Below are positions 1-9,091 of a DNA stretch of 49,447 bases, in pieces. Source of the DNA: Desulfobacterales bacterium. GTDB lineage: Bacteria; Desulfobacterota; Desulfobacteria; Desulfobacterales; UBA11574. Numbering within the stretch: position 1 is the stretch's first letter; the number at the start of each line of letters is the position of its first letter. The position numbers were made by a program, and so were the translations under genes. The notes under the pieces are model-generated. The model searched no databases. It was given only the letters and a program-made list of their open reading frames with translations, and was not told where the DNA came from. The stretch lies in assembly GCA_041548585.1 (NCBI GenBank), contig JBFESJ010000002.1, positions 1 to 49,447 of the forward strand, read 5' to 3'.

Positions 1-141
1 AGAGACCTCCACAACTTCACCTAACACATGGAGGTGAAATGGATATTTGCTTGCGGTTACGGTCTTAGGACCTTTGCTGTTCAATGTATCCGCTGTCAAC
101 CCGGCCGCAGAACTTGGTGTCTCTTTGCCATTATTTTCCAT
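1..141 (-). CDS. 5' part of an unidentified CDS running off the window start (MENNGKETPSSAAGLTADTLNSKGPKTVTASKYPFHLHVLGEVVEVS...)
   Basis: ATG at 141-139 on the minus strand with GGGAG 6 nt upstream. The frame stays open to position 1. Too short for the ORF track, and no family recognised. Confidence 0.25.
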   Translation of the reverse strand, partial: MENNGKETPSSAAGLTADTLNSKGPKTVTASKYPFHLHVLGEVVEVS

Positions 142-149
142 ATGAAACT

Positions 150-282
150 CCCGAAGGTTTACCTTCGGGATCTAATCCGCCACACAGCATAGGCGGATAA
201 ATCCTCCAGAGGCGGATAAATCTCCACTGCGTTCCGACCCCGGTAGGCGGGATTTCCGCTTCGCTCCAACAAGCAGCGGGGA
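150..282. repeat. Cluster of GC-rich hairpin modules (REP-like), copy A
   Basis: Hairpins CCCGAAGG-TTTA-CCTTCGGG and ATCCGCC-N9-GGCGGAT. Tandem AGGCGGATAAATC x2. The 38-mer at 201-238 recurs perfectly in inverted orientation at 31672-31709. Confidence 0.7.
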
Positions 283-369
283 CTTCAAATTTAAAGATCT
301 ATACTTAGATACCATTGTGGTGGGTTCGGGCCCGGGCGGAGCAACAGTTGCAAAGAATTATCTCATATA

Positions 370-897
370 TCAAGACAGATGGAAGCCGGATTTTTTCTGC
401 CAGATTTCAATAATCCTTTCTGCGACTTGTTCAGGAGTTAACACGTCTGTATCAATTTCGTATTGAGCGGCGCTTTTATATTTGGGAATCCTTTGCCCTA
501 ACACTCCCGCTACCTCTTCAGTAAAAGTTTTTCCGGTGGTCAAGGCAGGCCGCTGGGTGCCTGCTTGAATTCGCGAGACGATCGCATCTACTGAAGCCTT
601 CAACCAAAATATTCGGGCGTTCGTTTGCAGTGTCTCAATATTTTCAGGTCGTTCAATAACCCCGCCACCGGTATCAATAATAATATTATCAAGCCCAGCC
701 AGTTCCCGGGCCACTTCAGATTCTATATCGCGAAACCTGGGCCAACCAAATTTTTCCACAATTTCAGGAATTGACATGCCCGCTTTTTCGACTATTTTCG
801 CATCCATACCAATACACGGCATCCCAAGATGCATGGCGAGAATCTCTCCTACCACACTTTTCCCGGTACCGCGATACCCGATCAGTACGATATTCAT
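370..897 (-). CDS. aroK: Shikimate kinase
   Basis: 175 aa. Walker A GYRGTGKS at the N-terminus, DTGGG motif, typical AroK length. ATGA overlap with aroE upstream. Confidence 0.9.
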   Translation of the reverse strand: MNIVLIGYRGTGKSVVGEILAMHLGMPCIGMDAKIVEKAGMSIPEIVEKFGWPRFRDIESEVARELAGLDNIIIDTGGGVIERPENIETLQTNARIFWLKASVDAIVSRIQAGTQRPALTTGKTFTEEVAGVLGQRIPKYKSAAQYEIDTDVLTPEQVAERIIEIWQKKSGFHLS

Positions 898-1763
898 GAT
901 TTCAAATGCTCCATTACGACCTGACGCATAACCTCGACAGGTGCGTCAACACCGGTAAAACGTTCAAATTGCAACACCGCTTGGTTGATAAACATTTCGG
1001 CGCCGTAAATTACTTTAAGGCCGCGGGACCTGGCCTCGGCAAGCAATTTCGTTTCAAGGGGTGTATATACGATATCAAAAACAACCTGCTCAGGTCGAAA
1101 AAGCTCGGCAGGAATTAAGGAGACGTCTTCGTTTGGGTGCATACCGACCGGCGTACAGTGGATGATTATATCCGCCATCTCCATTGCTGCAAAAAGAGCG
1201 CTTTCGGCCAGCAGTTCAGATTTGATGGAAGCATTCGTGCCGGCTTTTAAATCCGTCGTCAACTGCTGAAGCATCATCTCATCGATATCCAAAATTGAAA
1301 GTATTCCCAGGTCGGTATTGCGGGCGAGGGTAAAAGAAATCGCCCTTGCCGCACCGCCTGAGCCCAACATTAAAACATTTTTGCCGTCAATTTCTACGCC
1401 GGCATCGACAATGGCCTTTAACGCACCCGGGCCGTCCGTGCCCAACCCAACCAACCAGCCTTTTTCATTAATAACCGTATTGATTGAACCGATGTTGCGG
1501 TCTACCGCCGCAATTTCATCCACATATTTCATGGCTTCAATTTTATGGGGAATGGTGACGCTTATGCCGCGAAAGTTCCCTAACGCCCTCATGCCTGCCA
1601 ATGCATTTTTTACATCCTCAACTTGGCAAGCCACATAAACGAAATCGAGGTTCAGTTTCGCGAAGGCGGCGTTGTGAATTGCTGGAGAAAGGCTGTGCGC
1701 AACAGGATTTCCGATAACTGCGCAAATTTGGGTATTGACGCTGATTGTTCTGTTGTCTTTCAT
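894..1763 (-). CDS. aroE: Shikimate 5-dehydrogenase
   Basis: 289 aa. N-terminal GNPVAHSLSPAIHNAAF signature, SVTIPHK, Rossmann GSGGAARA. Confidence 0.9.
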   Translation of the reverse strand: MKDNRTISVNTQICAVIGNPVAHSLSPAIHNAAFAKLNLDFVYVACQVEDVKNALAGMRALGNFRGISVTIPHKIEAMKYVDEIAAVDRNIGSINTVINEKGWLVGLGTDGPGALKAIVDAGVEIDGKNVLMLGSGGAARAISFTLARNTDLGILSILDIDEMMLQQLTTDLKAGTNASIKSELLAESALFAAMEMADIIIHCTPVGMHPNEDVSLIPAELFRPEQVVFDIVYTPLETKLLAEARSRGLKVIYGAEMFINQAVLQFERFTGVDAPVEVMRQVVMEHLKS

Positions 1764-2069
1764 AAAACCTCCTTGAGGATATTCCCCCCAAAACGGTTAA
1801 GCAGTTTCGGTGGCAAGATAACGATACCTTTGAAAATAATCCCCTTTTTGAGAACGGAATAAGCGAAAATTAAATATTGTACATTGTATTCGGATGAATC
1901 ATAATATATTGGATTATCCGGTATACAGCAACGATGCTACACTGGAAGGGAAAATTTTGACTCAGATACCGAAAATGAGACGCGTTGTCAAGAATAGGAA
2001 AGGCCGGAAAGTTTTTTCCTTTCATAAATCTGTATGCAAAGACTATTTAAATGAAAAGGGGACAATCAA

Positions 2070-3032
2070 ATGATCGAAGAGATTACTGCGCAGGAGCTTA
2101 ACACAGAGAACTTCATCAATGAGAAGGTCAAGGAGATCCAGGATGTTGTCGGGGACGGGATGGCGATCAATGCGCTTTCGGGAGGCGTTGATTCGTCCAC
2201 GGTTACGATGCTCGGTCATCGCGCCTTGGGAGACCGGCTCAAGACCGTGTTTATCGAAAACGGTCTTATGCGTGAGGGAGAGCCCGAAAAGGTTGCCGGT
2301 CTTTTCCAAAAGCTTGGCGTCACGGTCGAGGTTGTGGATGCACAAAAAGAGTTCTTTGCCGCACTCGAAGGTGTTACGGACCCCGAAGAAAAACGCGAGG
2401 CCATTACCCAGGCGTTTTATCAAGACGTATTCGGACGCCTCGTTAAGGAAAGTAACGCAAAATATTTGCTCCAGGGAACCATATTGACCGATATCGATGA
2501 AACCGTCGCAGGAATAAAACGGCAGCATAATGTCTTCGAGCAGCTTGGGATCGACCCGAAAGAGGCTTTTGGCTATCACATCATCGAGCCGCTCATCCAG
2601 CTTCGCAAAGACGGCGTTAGAAAAGTAGGGGAGGCTCTGGGGCTTCCGACAGAACTCTTTGATAGAATCCCATTCCCGGGTCCGGCGCTCGCGGCACGCG
2701 TGATCGGCGAAGCAACCCCGGAGCGCATCGAGACGGTTCGAAACGCAACCGTCGTGGTCGAACGGCTGCTCAAAGACACTGGTGCATTCCAGTATATGGC
2801 GATCCTTCATGAAGACCGCGTGACCGGCATGCGCGACGGATTGCGCGATTTTGGTCAGCAGATCGAGGTGCGTTGCTGGGAAAGCGTCGATGCACGGGTG
2901 GCAACACCGACACAGCTTTCTTTCGAAATCCTCGAGAAACTCGCCGGCGAGATTCTTCGCGATGTGCCCGGCATCGTCAGTGTCACGTACAACATAGCAC
3001 CGAAGCCCCCTTCAACAATCGAAGCGGTCTGA
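2070..3032 (+). CDS. Stand-alone GMP-synthase-type ATP pyrophosphatase (PP-loop) plus dimerisation domain protein, with no glutamine amidotransferase domain
   Basis: 320 aa. PP-loop SGGVDSS; EPL..LRKDGVRKVG..LGLP; FPGPALAARV; C-terminal KPPSTIEAV resembling GuaA KPPATIEWE. RBS AAGGGGA upstream. Confidence 0.75.
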   Translation: MIEEITAQELNTENFINEKVKEIQDVVGDGMAINALSGGVDSSTVTMLGHRALGDRLKTVFIENGLMREGEPEKVAGLFQKLGVTVEVVDAQKEFFAALEGVTDPEEKREAITQAFYQDVFGRLVKESNAKYLLQGTILTDIDETVAGIKRQHNVFEQLGIDPKEAFGYHIIEPLIQLRKDGVRKVGEALGLPTELFDRIPFPGPALAARVIGEATPERIETVRNATVVVERLLKDTGAFQYMAILHEDRVTGMRDGLRDFGQQIEVRCWESVDARVATPTQLSFEILEKLAGEILRDVPGIVSVTYNIAPKPPSTIEAV

Positions 3033-3162
3033 TGAAAGTAAAAGAGAATGGGGCAACCCTTGATTAAAGCAATAATTTGACTTTCTGCTATTAAGTTACC
3101 ATTTTCGTTAGATAATCTACAAATTATCATAGGAGAATCGACGCACCACGTCGGATTGAACT

Positions 3163-4266
3163 GTGTTTGGAAGCATTCTTATTTCTGTTTGCACATTGAT
3201 GCACATTTACGTCTTCTGGCGGGCCGCCACAGTGCCGCTTATTGCGCGGCATGTTCCCCGAAAGCTCTTCATCGCCTCAGGTCTTGCCCTATGGGCAGGT
3301 TTTTTCCTTGGCCGCATCTTTGGCCACGGAGGCACAGGACTACCGGCTGCAGCAATCGAGTTTTTCGGTATGAACTGGATGGCTGTATTGTTTCTGCTTT
3401 TTGTTTCTCTTCTTGTACTGGAACTTGCCACCGGGTTCGGCGTTCTCTTTCACCGGTATGTGCCCTCTTTGCGTGGCTGGGCACTTGTCGCTGGGGGGGT
3501 GCTTTCCGTGATCGCGCTTGTCCAGGGCCTGCGTCCGCCTGTGGTGCAAAGCTATGAAGTGCGACTTTCCGGCCTTCCCCATGAGATGGACGGAACGGTA
3601 CTCGTCGCCATGTCCGATCTGCACATCGGCTCGTTGCTCGGCGAGGGATGGCTGGCAGAAAGGGTTGCCCAGGTCCGGGCACAGCAGCCCGATATGGTGG
3701 TCCTGCTCGGCGACCTTTTTGAAGGACACGGGCAACCCCCACGGGAGCTGATTTCGGTCCTTGGCCGTCTCTCCGCACCGCTTGGAGTATGGGCCGTTCC
3801 CGGCAATCACGAGTTTTACGGTGGTCGTAATGGCAGCATGAGCCTGATTCAAGATGCCGGTATCCAGTTGCTTCGCAACCGCTGGGCTGAAATCCGCTCT
3901 GGCTTTGTTCTGGCAGGTGTGGAGGATCTCACCAGCTATCGCCGGTTCGGCCGGGACGGCGATCCCATCGCGCAGGCACTCTCAGATCGACCGCCGGGTC
4001 CCACTGTTCTACTCTCACACACACCGTGGCAGGCCGAGAAGGCAGCGAATGCCGGTGTAGGATTGATGCTCAGCGGCCACACGCATGGCGGACAAATCTG
4101 GCCCTTTAGCTATCTGGTCCGTCTCCGGTATCCTCTGCTGGGAGGGCGGTACGAAATAGATGGAATGACCGTCATCGTCTGCCGCGGCACAGGCACATGG
4201 GGACCGCGTATGCGACTCTGGCGTACCGGCGAAATCCTCCGGGTGACGTTTCGCGGGAAAAAATGA
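3163..4266 (+). CDS. Membrane-anchored calcineurin-like metallophosphoesterase
   Basis: 367 aa, GTG start. About four N-terminal hydrophobic helices, then SDLHIG, GDLFEG, GNHEF, GHTHGG phosphoesterase motifs. Confidence 0.8.
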   Translation: MFGSILISVCTLMHIYVFWRAATVPLIARHVPRKLFIASGLALWAGFFLGRIFGHGGTGLPAAAIEFFGMNWMAVLFLLFVSLLVLELATGFGVLFHRYVPSLRGWALVAGGVLSVIALVQGLRPPVVQSYEVRLSGLPHEMDGTVLVAMSDLHIGSLLGEGWLAERVAQVRAQQPDMVVLLGDLFEGHGQPPRELISVLGRLSAPLGVWAVPGNHEFYGGRNGSMSLIQDAGIQLLRNRWAEIRSGFVLAGVEDLTSYRRFGRDGDPIAQALSDRPPGPTVLLSHTPWQAEKAANAGVGLMLSGHTHGGQIWPFSYLVRLRYPLLGGRYEIDGMTVIVCRGTGTWGPRMRLWRTGEILRVTFRGKK

Positions 4267-4348
4267 CGTTGGGGACGTGGGTGTCTGAGATTTGATCGCA
4301 GTTAATTGTTCATGTTAGATTAAAGGTCGAATGGATAAGGAGGACAAG

Positions 4349-4957
4349 ATGCTTAAAATAGGTAAAATTGCCTTTAAATGGTTAATCGTTTTGTTTATAG
4401 GCATATCATTTTTTACGCCTGGGGCAGTTTTTGCAGATGAGATTACAGATTCCATTGAAGAAGCGATAGAATATTATAAGGAAGGTGATTACGTTGAAGC
4501 TGCCAATAGCCTCGACTATGCTTCTCAGCTTATACGCCAAAAGCGAAGCGGCAACTTGGAAGCGTTCTTGCCCGAACCATTAACCGGGTGGTCAGGAGAG
4601 GATATAAAATCACAGGCTGCCGGTGCAGGATATCTTGGTGGAATGATTTCAGCTAAAAGGAAGTATCGCAAAGATCAAAGTTCTGTTACGATAGAGATAA
4701 TTACGGATTCTCCAGCCCTTCAATCTATGGTTATGGTATTTTCCAATCCTGCTTACGCTTCAGCTGATGGAGGGAAGTTAACAAAAATAAAAAGGCAAAA
4801 GGCTATCATAAAGTACCGTCCATCAAAAAAAGATGGAGAAATAAATATTGTTGTAGGGAAACAATACCTTGTGACGATTAAAGGACGGAATGTCGTTAAA
4901 AATGATTTGGTCGATTATGCTTCGGCAATCGATTACAAAAAGCTAAAAAAGTTTTAA
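4349..4957 (+). CDS. Secreted hypothetical protein
   Basis: AAGGAGG 5 nt before the second ATG (4349). Signal-peptide-like MLKIGKIAFKWLIVLFIGISFFTPGAVFA. No family recognised. Confidence 0.6.
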   Translation: MLKIGKIAFKWLIVLFIGISFFTPGAVFADEITDSIEEAIEYYKEGDYVEAANSLDYASQLIRQKRSGNLEAFLPEPLTGWSGEDIKSQAAGAGYLGGMISAKRKYRKDQSSVTIEIITDSPALQSMVMVFSNPAYASADGGKLTKIKRQKAIIKYRPSKKDGEINIVVGKQYLVTIKGRNVVKNDLVDYASAIDYKKLKKF

Positions 4958-5022
4958 AACTCAGAAACAATAGATTCGCATTTAAATAATCTCAGACCGT
5001 CTAATCTGGATCCACCTCGGGA

Positions 5023-5274
5023 TTACTTGCCAAATCCTAAACTTTTACCAATTTCCATCGACCTGACAAGGGATATCGGTTTTAGCCCTATTAGATCGCA
5101 TTTGGGAATCCAACCCACTGTAGAGTTTGGAATATAAAAACAATTTTGACCCTTAAAAGGTCCATCTTTGACTACCCATCCATCTTGTACGGCAATTTTT
5201 TTACCTGCAAGTCTTTTTGCTTCGGTATTGTAATTCATCTTCTTTGACGGTTGAAATATTGCTTCATAAAACAT
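5023..5274 (-). CDS. Hypothetical small protein (83 aa)
   Basis: ORF only, with a weak RBS. It starts immediately after the csp terminator. Confidence 0.35.
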   Translation of the reverse strand: MFYEAIFQPSKKMNYNTEAKRLAGKKIAVQDGWVVKDGPFKGQNCFYIPNSTVGWIPKCDLIGLKPISLVRSMEIGKSLGFGK

Positions 5275-5291
5275 GAAAAAATTCCCTTACT

Positions 5292-5328
5292 AAAAAAAGG
5301 ACAATCCCGCCCATTTTGGGGAATGTCC
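5292..5328 (-). terminator. Rho-independent terminator downstream of the cold-shock gene
   Basis: On the minus strand, GGACATTCCCC-loop-GGGATTGTCC (one mismatch) followed by TTTTTTT. An A-run on the other side makes it potentially bidirectional. Confidence 0.7.
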
Positions 5329-5351
5329 TTTTTTCTGATTAAAACTGTAAG

Positions 5352-5552
5352 CTAAACCACAGTGACATTTGTTGCAGAAGGACCTTTTGGGCCCTGCTCT
5401 ACATCAAAAGTAACTCTGTCGCCTTCATCAAGAGTCTTGAAACCGGTTGCATTGATTCCTGAATGATGAACAAATACATCCGGGCCTTCTTCCTGTTCGA
5501 TGAAGCCGTAGCCTTTGCTGCTATTAAACCATTTTACGATTCCATTAGTCAT
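5352..5552 (-). CDS. Cold-shock protein, CspA family
   Basis: 66 aa. [15 protein letters not shown] (RNP1) and VFVHHS (RNP2). RBS GGAGGG. Confidence 0.95.
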   Translation of the reverse strand: MTNGIVKWFNSSKGYGFIEQEEGPDVFVHHSGINATGFKTLDEGDRVTFDVEQGPKGPSATNVTVV

Positions 5553-5678
5553 GGTGACGCCCTCCTTTCAAAAAATTCTCATAGTTCCACACTGCAGGTT
5601 GCCACTTTGACAAATGGATATTTCCTTCAGAACGAAACCGGCCCGCCAACTAAAGACGAGCCTTTATTGATTGTTAAG

Positions 5679-5706
5679 ATAATAAGGTGTTGTTGAAAAA
5701 AGTCAA
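5679..5706 (-). promoter_or_regulatory. Sigma-70-type promoter candidate for the cold-shock gene
   Basis: Minus strand TTGACT-N16-TATTAT, about 120 nt upstream of the start. This fits the long 5' UTRs typical of csp genes. Confidence 0.45.
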
Positions 5707-5866
5707 GGAAATTTTGTGGTTATTTTTTTATATTGGATTACCGTTTTATTTAAATTTACAAGCTATTTCAAAAATACAACCCACGCCCAATTACGGAGTT
5801 GCCCCGCACTATAGGACTCTTCGTTTAATAGAACTCTTGATGGTGGGTCGCGAGTCTCTTCAAAAT

Positions 5867-5893
5867 GCGCGCATACTCCCTTGTATGCTGCGC
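5867..5893 (-). terminator. Hairpin downstream of the efflux operon (terminator candidate)
   Basis: GCGCGCATAC-TCCCTT-GTATGCTGCGC. The T-tract is weak on the minus strand (ATTTTG) and stronger on the plus strand. Confidence 0.4.
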
Positions 5894-5985
5894 TTTTTCA
5901 TCGGCTCACGCCCCCGATTATCGGGATTTCGCAAACCTTAACTTGCTTTTGAACGCAATCTGCATTTTTGAGATGGCTTGTCGTG

Positions 5986-7185
5986 TTATTCGGCCCTCAA
6001 TGCCTCTATTGGATCCAGGCTTGCAGCCCGATGGGCGGGCAAAACCCCGGCCAGAAGGCCGATAACAACAGCCAGGATTTCAGCCAACACAACATACAAC
6101 CACGGGGTATGGGTGGGAAGGGCCGGCACGGTTGCCCCTATAAGCCACGCTCCCCCGGCGCCGATCATCAGGCCGGCGAAACCACCGATGCCTGATAACA
6201 CAACGGCTTCGCCGATGAAAATGGCCAGTATCTGTCCGCGGCCTGCTCCGATGGCGCGAAGCAGCCCGATCTCGGCCCTCCTTTCATTTACACTGATCGT
6301 CATTATCGTGAGAATTCCGACACCGCCAACAAGAAGTGATATCCCTCCCAAGGCGCCCACTGCCAGGGTGAGCATGTTGAGTACGGATCCCAGTACATCC
6401 AGCATTTGTTCCTGGGTAGTTATGGTGAAGTCTTCTGCGCCGTGCCTATCCATGAGGAGTGATCTGATGCTTTTGACAATTTCATCCAGACTGCTGTCGG
6501 CGGCATAAAGCAAATCAATTTCTATAAGACTTTCCCGGTCAAACATGGCCAGGGCTCTATTGGTCGGGATGTAGACGGCATCATCCAAATCGAATCCAAG
6601 CATCTGGCCTTTGGATTCCATGACACCGATGACCCGAAAGCGCTCTCCGCCGATGCGGATACGCTGTCCGAGTGGATTTTCTGAAGCGAAAAGTTCATCC
6701 CTTACCTTGCCGCCCAGCACGGCAAAGGCGCGAGCGGTGCGGGGATCGTCATCCGGCAGGAAACGGCCTACGGCGACTCTCATCTGCCATACAGTGGGCA
6801 CCTGAGAACTGACACCGAAGACATACGTTCGCCTGCTGCGCTTTCCGAATTCCACAGATGCGTTTCCCTGGACAAAGGGAACCACCCCAAGGATTTTTGG
6901 CGTTCGCCCGAGGGCCAGCGCATCATCAATGCTCAAGGGGCGGACATTGCTGATAACGGCACCTGACATGCCGGCGGTAGTGGTTTTGCCTGGCGAGACA
7001 GCGATAAGGTTGGTGCCGAACTGGGTGAACTCTGAGAGAACGAACTTGTGGATGCCTTCACCGATGGAAGTGAGTAGCACCACTGAAGCGATACCCACAG
7101 CAATGCCCAGGGCCGTGAGAAAACTGCGCATCCTCTGGCTGGATATTGCGCCAATGGCCAGCTTTGCGGAATCATTGATCAACAT
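5986..7185 (-). CDS. ABC transporter permease, FtsX/MacB-type
   Basis: 399 aa. N-terminal TM, large periplasmic domain, C-terminal FtsX-like 3-TM block with LRAIGA motif. Confidence 0.85.
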   Translation of the reverse strand: MLINDSAKLAIGAISSQRMRSFLTALGIAVGIASVVLLTSIGEGIHKFVLSEFTQFGTNLIAVSPGKTTTAGMSGAVISNVRPLSIDDALALGRTPKILGVVPFVQGNASVEFGKRSRRTYVFGVSSQVPTVWQMRVAVGRFLPDDDPRTARAFAVLGGKVRDELFASENPLGQRIRIGGERFRVIGVMESKGQMLGFDLDDAVYIPTNRALAMFDRESLIEIDLLYAADSSLDEIVKSIRSLLMDRHGAEDFTITTQEQMLDVLGSVLNMLTLAVGALGGISLLVGGVGILTIMTISVNERRAEIGLLRAIGAGRGQILAIFIGEAVVLSGIGGFAGLMIGAGGAWLIGATVPALPTHTPWLYVVLAEILAVVIGLLAGVLPAHRAASLDPIEALRAE

Positions 7186-7203
7186 GGTTTAAGTTCTTTT
7201 ACA

Positions 7204-8409
7204 TTATCTGCGAGACAAAGCCTCTACCGGATCAAGTTTTGCCGCCCGTCTTGCGGGTAACACTCCGAATACCAGACCCGTAAAAAGCGCAACGAAGACC
7301 GCCGCTCCCAAGGCCCAGATCGGGATTGCAATCGGAAATCTGGGAAACGCGCGAGCAAGCCCCCAGGTTCCGATAAATGCCAGGATGAGCCCGAAGCCAG
7401 CACCGATAAGTGAGAGAATGGCGGATTCCGCTAAAAAAAGGCGAAGGATTTGGTTGGCCGGGGCGCCGATGGCCTTGAGAAGTCCGACTTCAGTGGTGCG
7501 CTGTGAAACGGCGATCAGCATCACGTTCATAATCAGAATACCGGCAACCGACAGGCTGATGGCGGCGATGCCGGCGACACTCAGGGTCATGGCCACGAGA
7601 ATCCGATCAAAAGTGGAAAGCAGGGAGTCCTGGGTGATGACGGTGACGTCGTCTTCGCCTTCATGCCGTTCGCGGATGGTGGTCAATATCGTCTTCTTGG
7701 CTTTGGGAATAGCATCGCGGCCGTTGGCCTGCACCAAGACGCGGAAAAGCGCAGAGGTATTGAACAATGACTGCGCAGAGGCGACAGGAACAACCGCTAC
7801 ATCTCCCATGTCCAGCCCTATGGATTGGCCTTTTTGAGACAGCACCCCGATGATTCGAAAGCGACGGTCACCGATACGTACCCATTCTCCTAAAGGGGAT
7901 TGATTCCCAAAGAGTTCTTTTTTGAGTTTGTACCCCAAAACGCAGACCGCCAATCCCTTTGTGGGGTCACCGGCGGGAATGAACCTGCCCTGGGCCATTG
8001 AAAGATGGCGGATTTCAAATAGCGCTTCGGTGGAGCCGAGAATCGTGACTTCCCGGTCTCGATGCTTCCAGGAGACAGGTGCGGAACCCACCGTGATCGG
8101 TGCCACACGGCGGATGGCGGAATTCCGGGTGAGAGACAGAGCGTCTTCCAGCGTAAGATCCCGGGGTGTTTCCCCCAGCAGTGGGGGCGGGCCGCCGGTT
8201 GTTTCAGACCGACCCGGCAATACGATCAACAGATAGGTGCCCAGAGAGCTGAACTCCTGGGTTACAAACCGGCGGGCACCTTCTCCCAATGCAGTGAGCA
8301 AAATTACCGATGCCACACCGATGGCCATGGCAAGAATCATTAATAGCGTTCGGGTTGGATAACCTGACAGCGCTCTCGTGCTGAATGGAATGACATCTCC
8401 GACTTTCAT
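7204..8409 (-). CDS. ABC transporter permease, FtsX/MacB-type (second copy)
   Basis: Same architecture (LKAIGA motif). Start moved to ATG 8409 (MKVGDV...), 5 nt after the upstream ATPase stop. The track's longer ORF would overlap that gene. Confidence 0.85.
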   Translation of the reverse strand: MKVGDVIPFSTRALSGYPTRTLLMILAMAIGVASVILLTALGEGARRFVTQEFSSLGTYLLIVLPGRSETTGGPPPLLGETPRDLTLEDALSLTRNSAIRRVAPITVGSAPVSWKHRDREVTILGSTEALFEIRHLSMAQGRFIPAGDPTKGLAVCVLGYKLKKELFGNQSPLGEWVRIGDRRFRIIGVLSQKGQSIGLDMGDVAVVPVASAQSLFNTSALFRVLVQANGRDAIPKAKKTILTTIRERHEGEDDVTVITQDSLLSTFDRILVAMTLSVAGIAAISLSVAGILIMNVMLIAVSQRTTEVGLLKAIGAPANQILRLFLAESAILSLIGAGFGLILAFIGTWGLARAFPRFPIAIPIWALGAAVFVALFTGLVFGVLPARRAAKLDPVEALSRR

Positions 8410-8413
8410 TTTT

Positions 8414-9091
8414 TTATATATTCCCGGTATCTGTTGAGATCTTCCCGTCAACCAGCTGGACTCTCCGGGAGGCCCGCTTTCCCAAATCGGGATCATGGGT
8501 TACCATAATCAGGGTCATGCCCTTATTGTGGAGGTCTTCGAGGATTTGGATAACTTCTATCCCCGAGGCCCTATCCAGGTTGCCCGTGGGCTCATCTGCA
8601 AGAATCACATCCGGCTGCATGATAGTGGCGCGAGCAATGGCAACGCGCTGGCGCTGTCCGCCGGATAACTGGTCTGACCGATGTTTGGCACGGTCGCTCA
8701 GACCGAGAGAAGAGAGGGCCGCCTGGACACGGGATTTCCTTTCAGCCGGATCCACACCGGCAAGGATCATCGGCAATTCCACATTTTCAGCAGCGCTGAG
8801 GCGGGGTACCAGATGGAAAAACTGAAACACAAAACCAATCTTGTTACGACGCACCGATGCCTGCTGGTCATCGGTCAACTCGGTTGTGTCCAGGTCTTCC
8901 AGGGTATAGATTCCCTTGTCAGGTCTGTCCAAAAGACCGACAATATTGAGCAGGGTCGATTTCCCTGACCCCGAAGGGCCCATGATGGCAACATATTCCC
9001 CCTGATGGACGGTGAAGTTCACGTTGTTGAGCGCGTGAACCGCTTCGTTGCCCACCAGAAATGTCCTATCGATGCCGGCTAAATCAATCAT
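8414..9091 (-). CDS. ABC transporter ATP-binding protein (MacB/LolD-like)
   Basis: Walker A GPSGSGKST, signature LSGGQRQR, Walker B ILADEPTGNLD. Start at 9091 (MIDLAGI...) forms an ATGA overlap with the adaptor gene. Confidence 0.9.
   Translation of the reverse strand: MIDLAGIDRTFLVGNEAVHALNNVNFTVHQGEYVAIMGPSGSGKSTLLNIVGLLDRPDKGIYTLEDLDTTELTDDQQASVRRNKIGFVFQFFHLVPRLSAAENVELPMILAGVDPAERKSRVQAALSSLGLSDRAKHRSDQLSGGQRQRVAIARATIMQPDVILADEPTGNLDRASGIEVIQILEDLHNKGMTLIMVTHDPDLGKRASRRVQLVDGKISTDTGNI

Noticed and set aside
2043-2810. 255-aa ORF antisense to the GMP-synthase-like gene
   Set aside because: It lies entirely inside a gene with clear family motifs on the other strand. It has no RBS and no recognisable motifs. 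Long antisense ORFs are common in GC-richer genes.
3269-3852. 169/170-aa ORFs antisense to, or out of frame with, the membrane phosphoesterase gene
   Set aside because: The products are Arg/Pro/Gly-rich and low-complexity, as expected from a GC-rich region. The plus-strand frame carries all the phosphoesterase motifs.
5687-6065. Plus-strand ORFs (84 and 66 aa) in the csp upstream region and efflux terminator region
   Set aside because: No RBS. They span a predicted promoter/5' UTR and a terminator hairpin of minus-strand genes.
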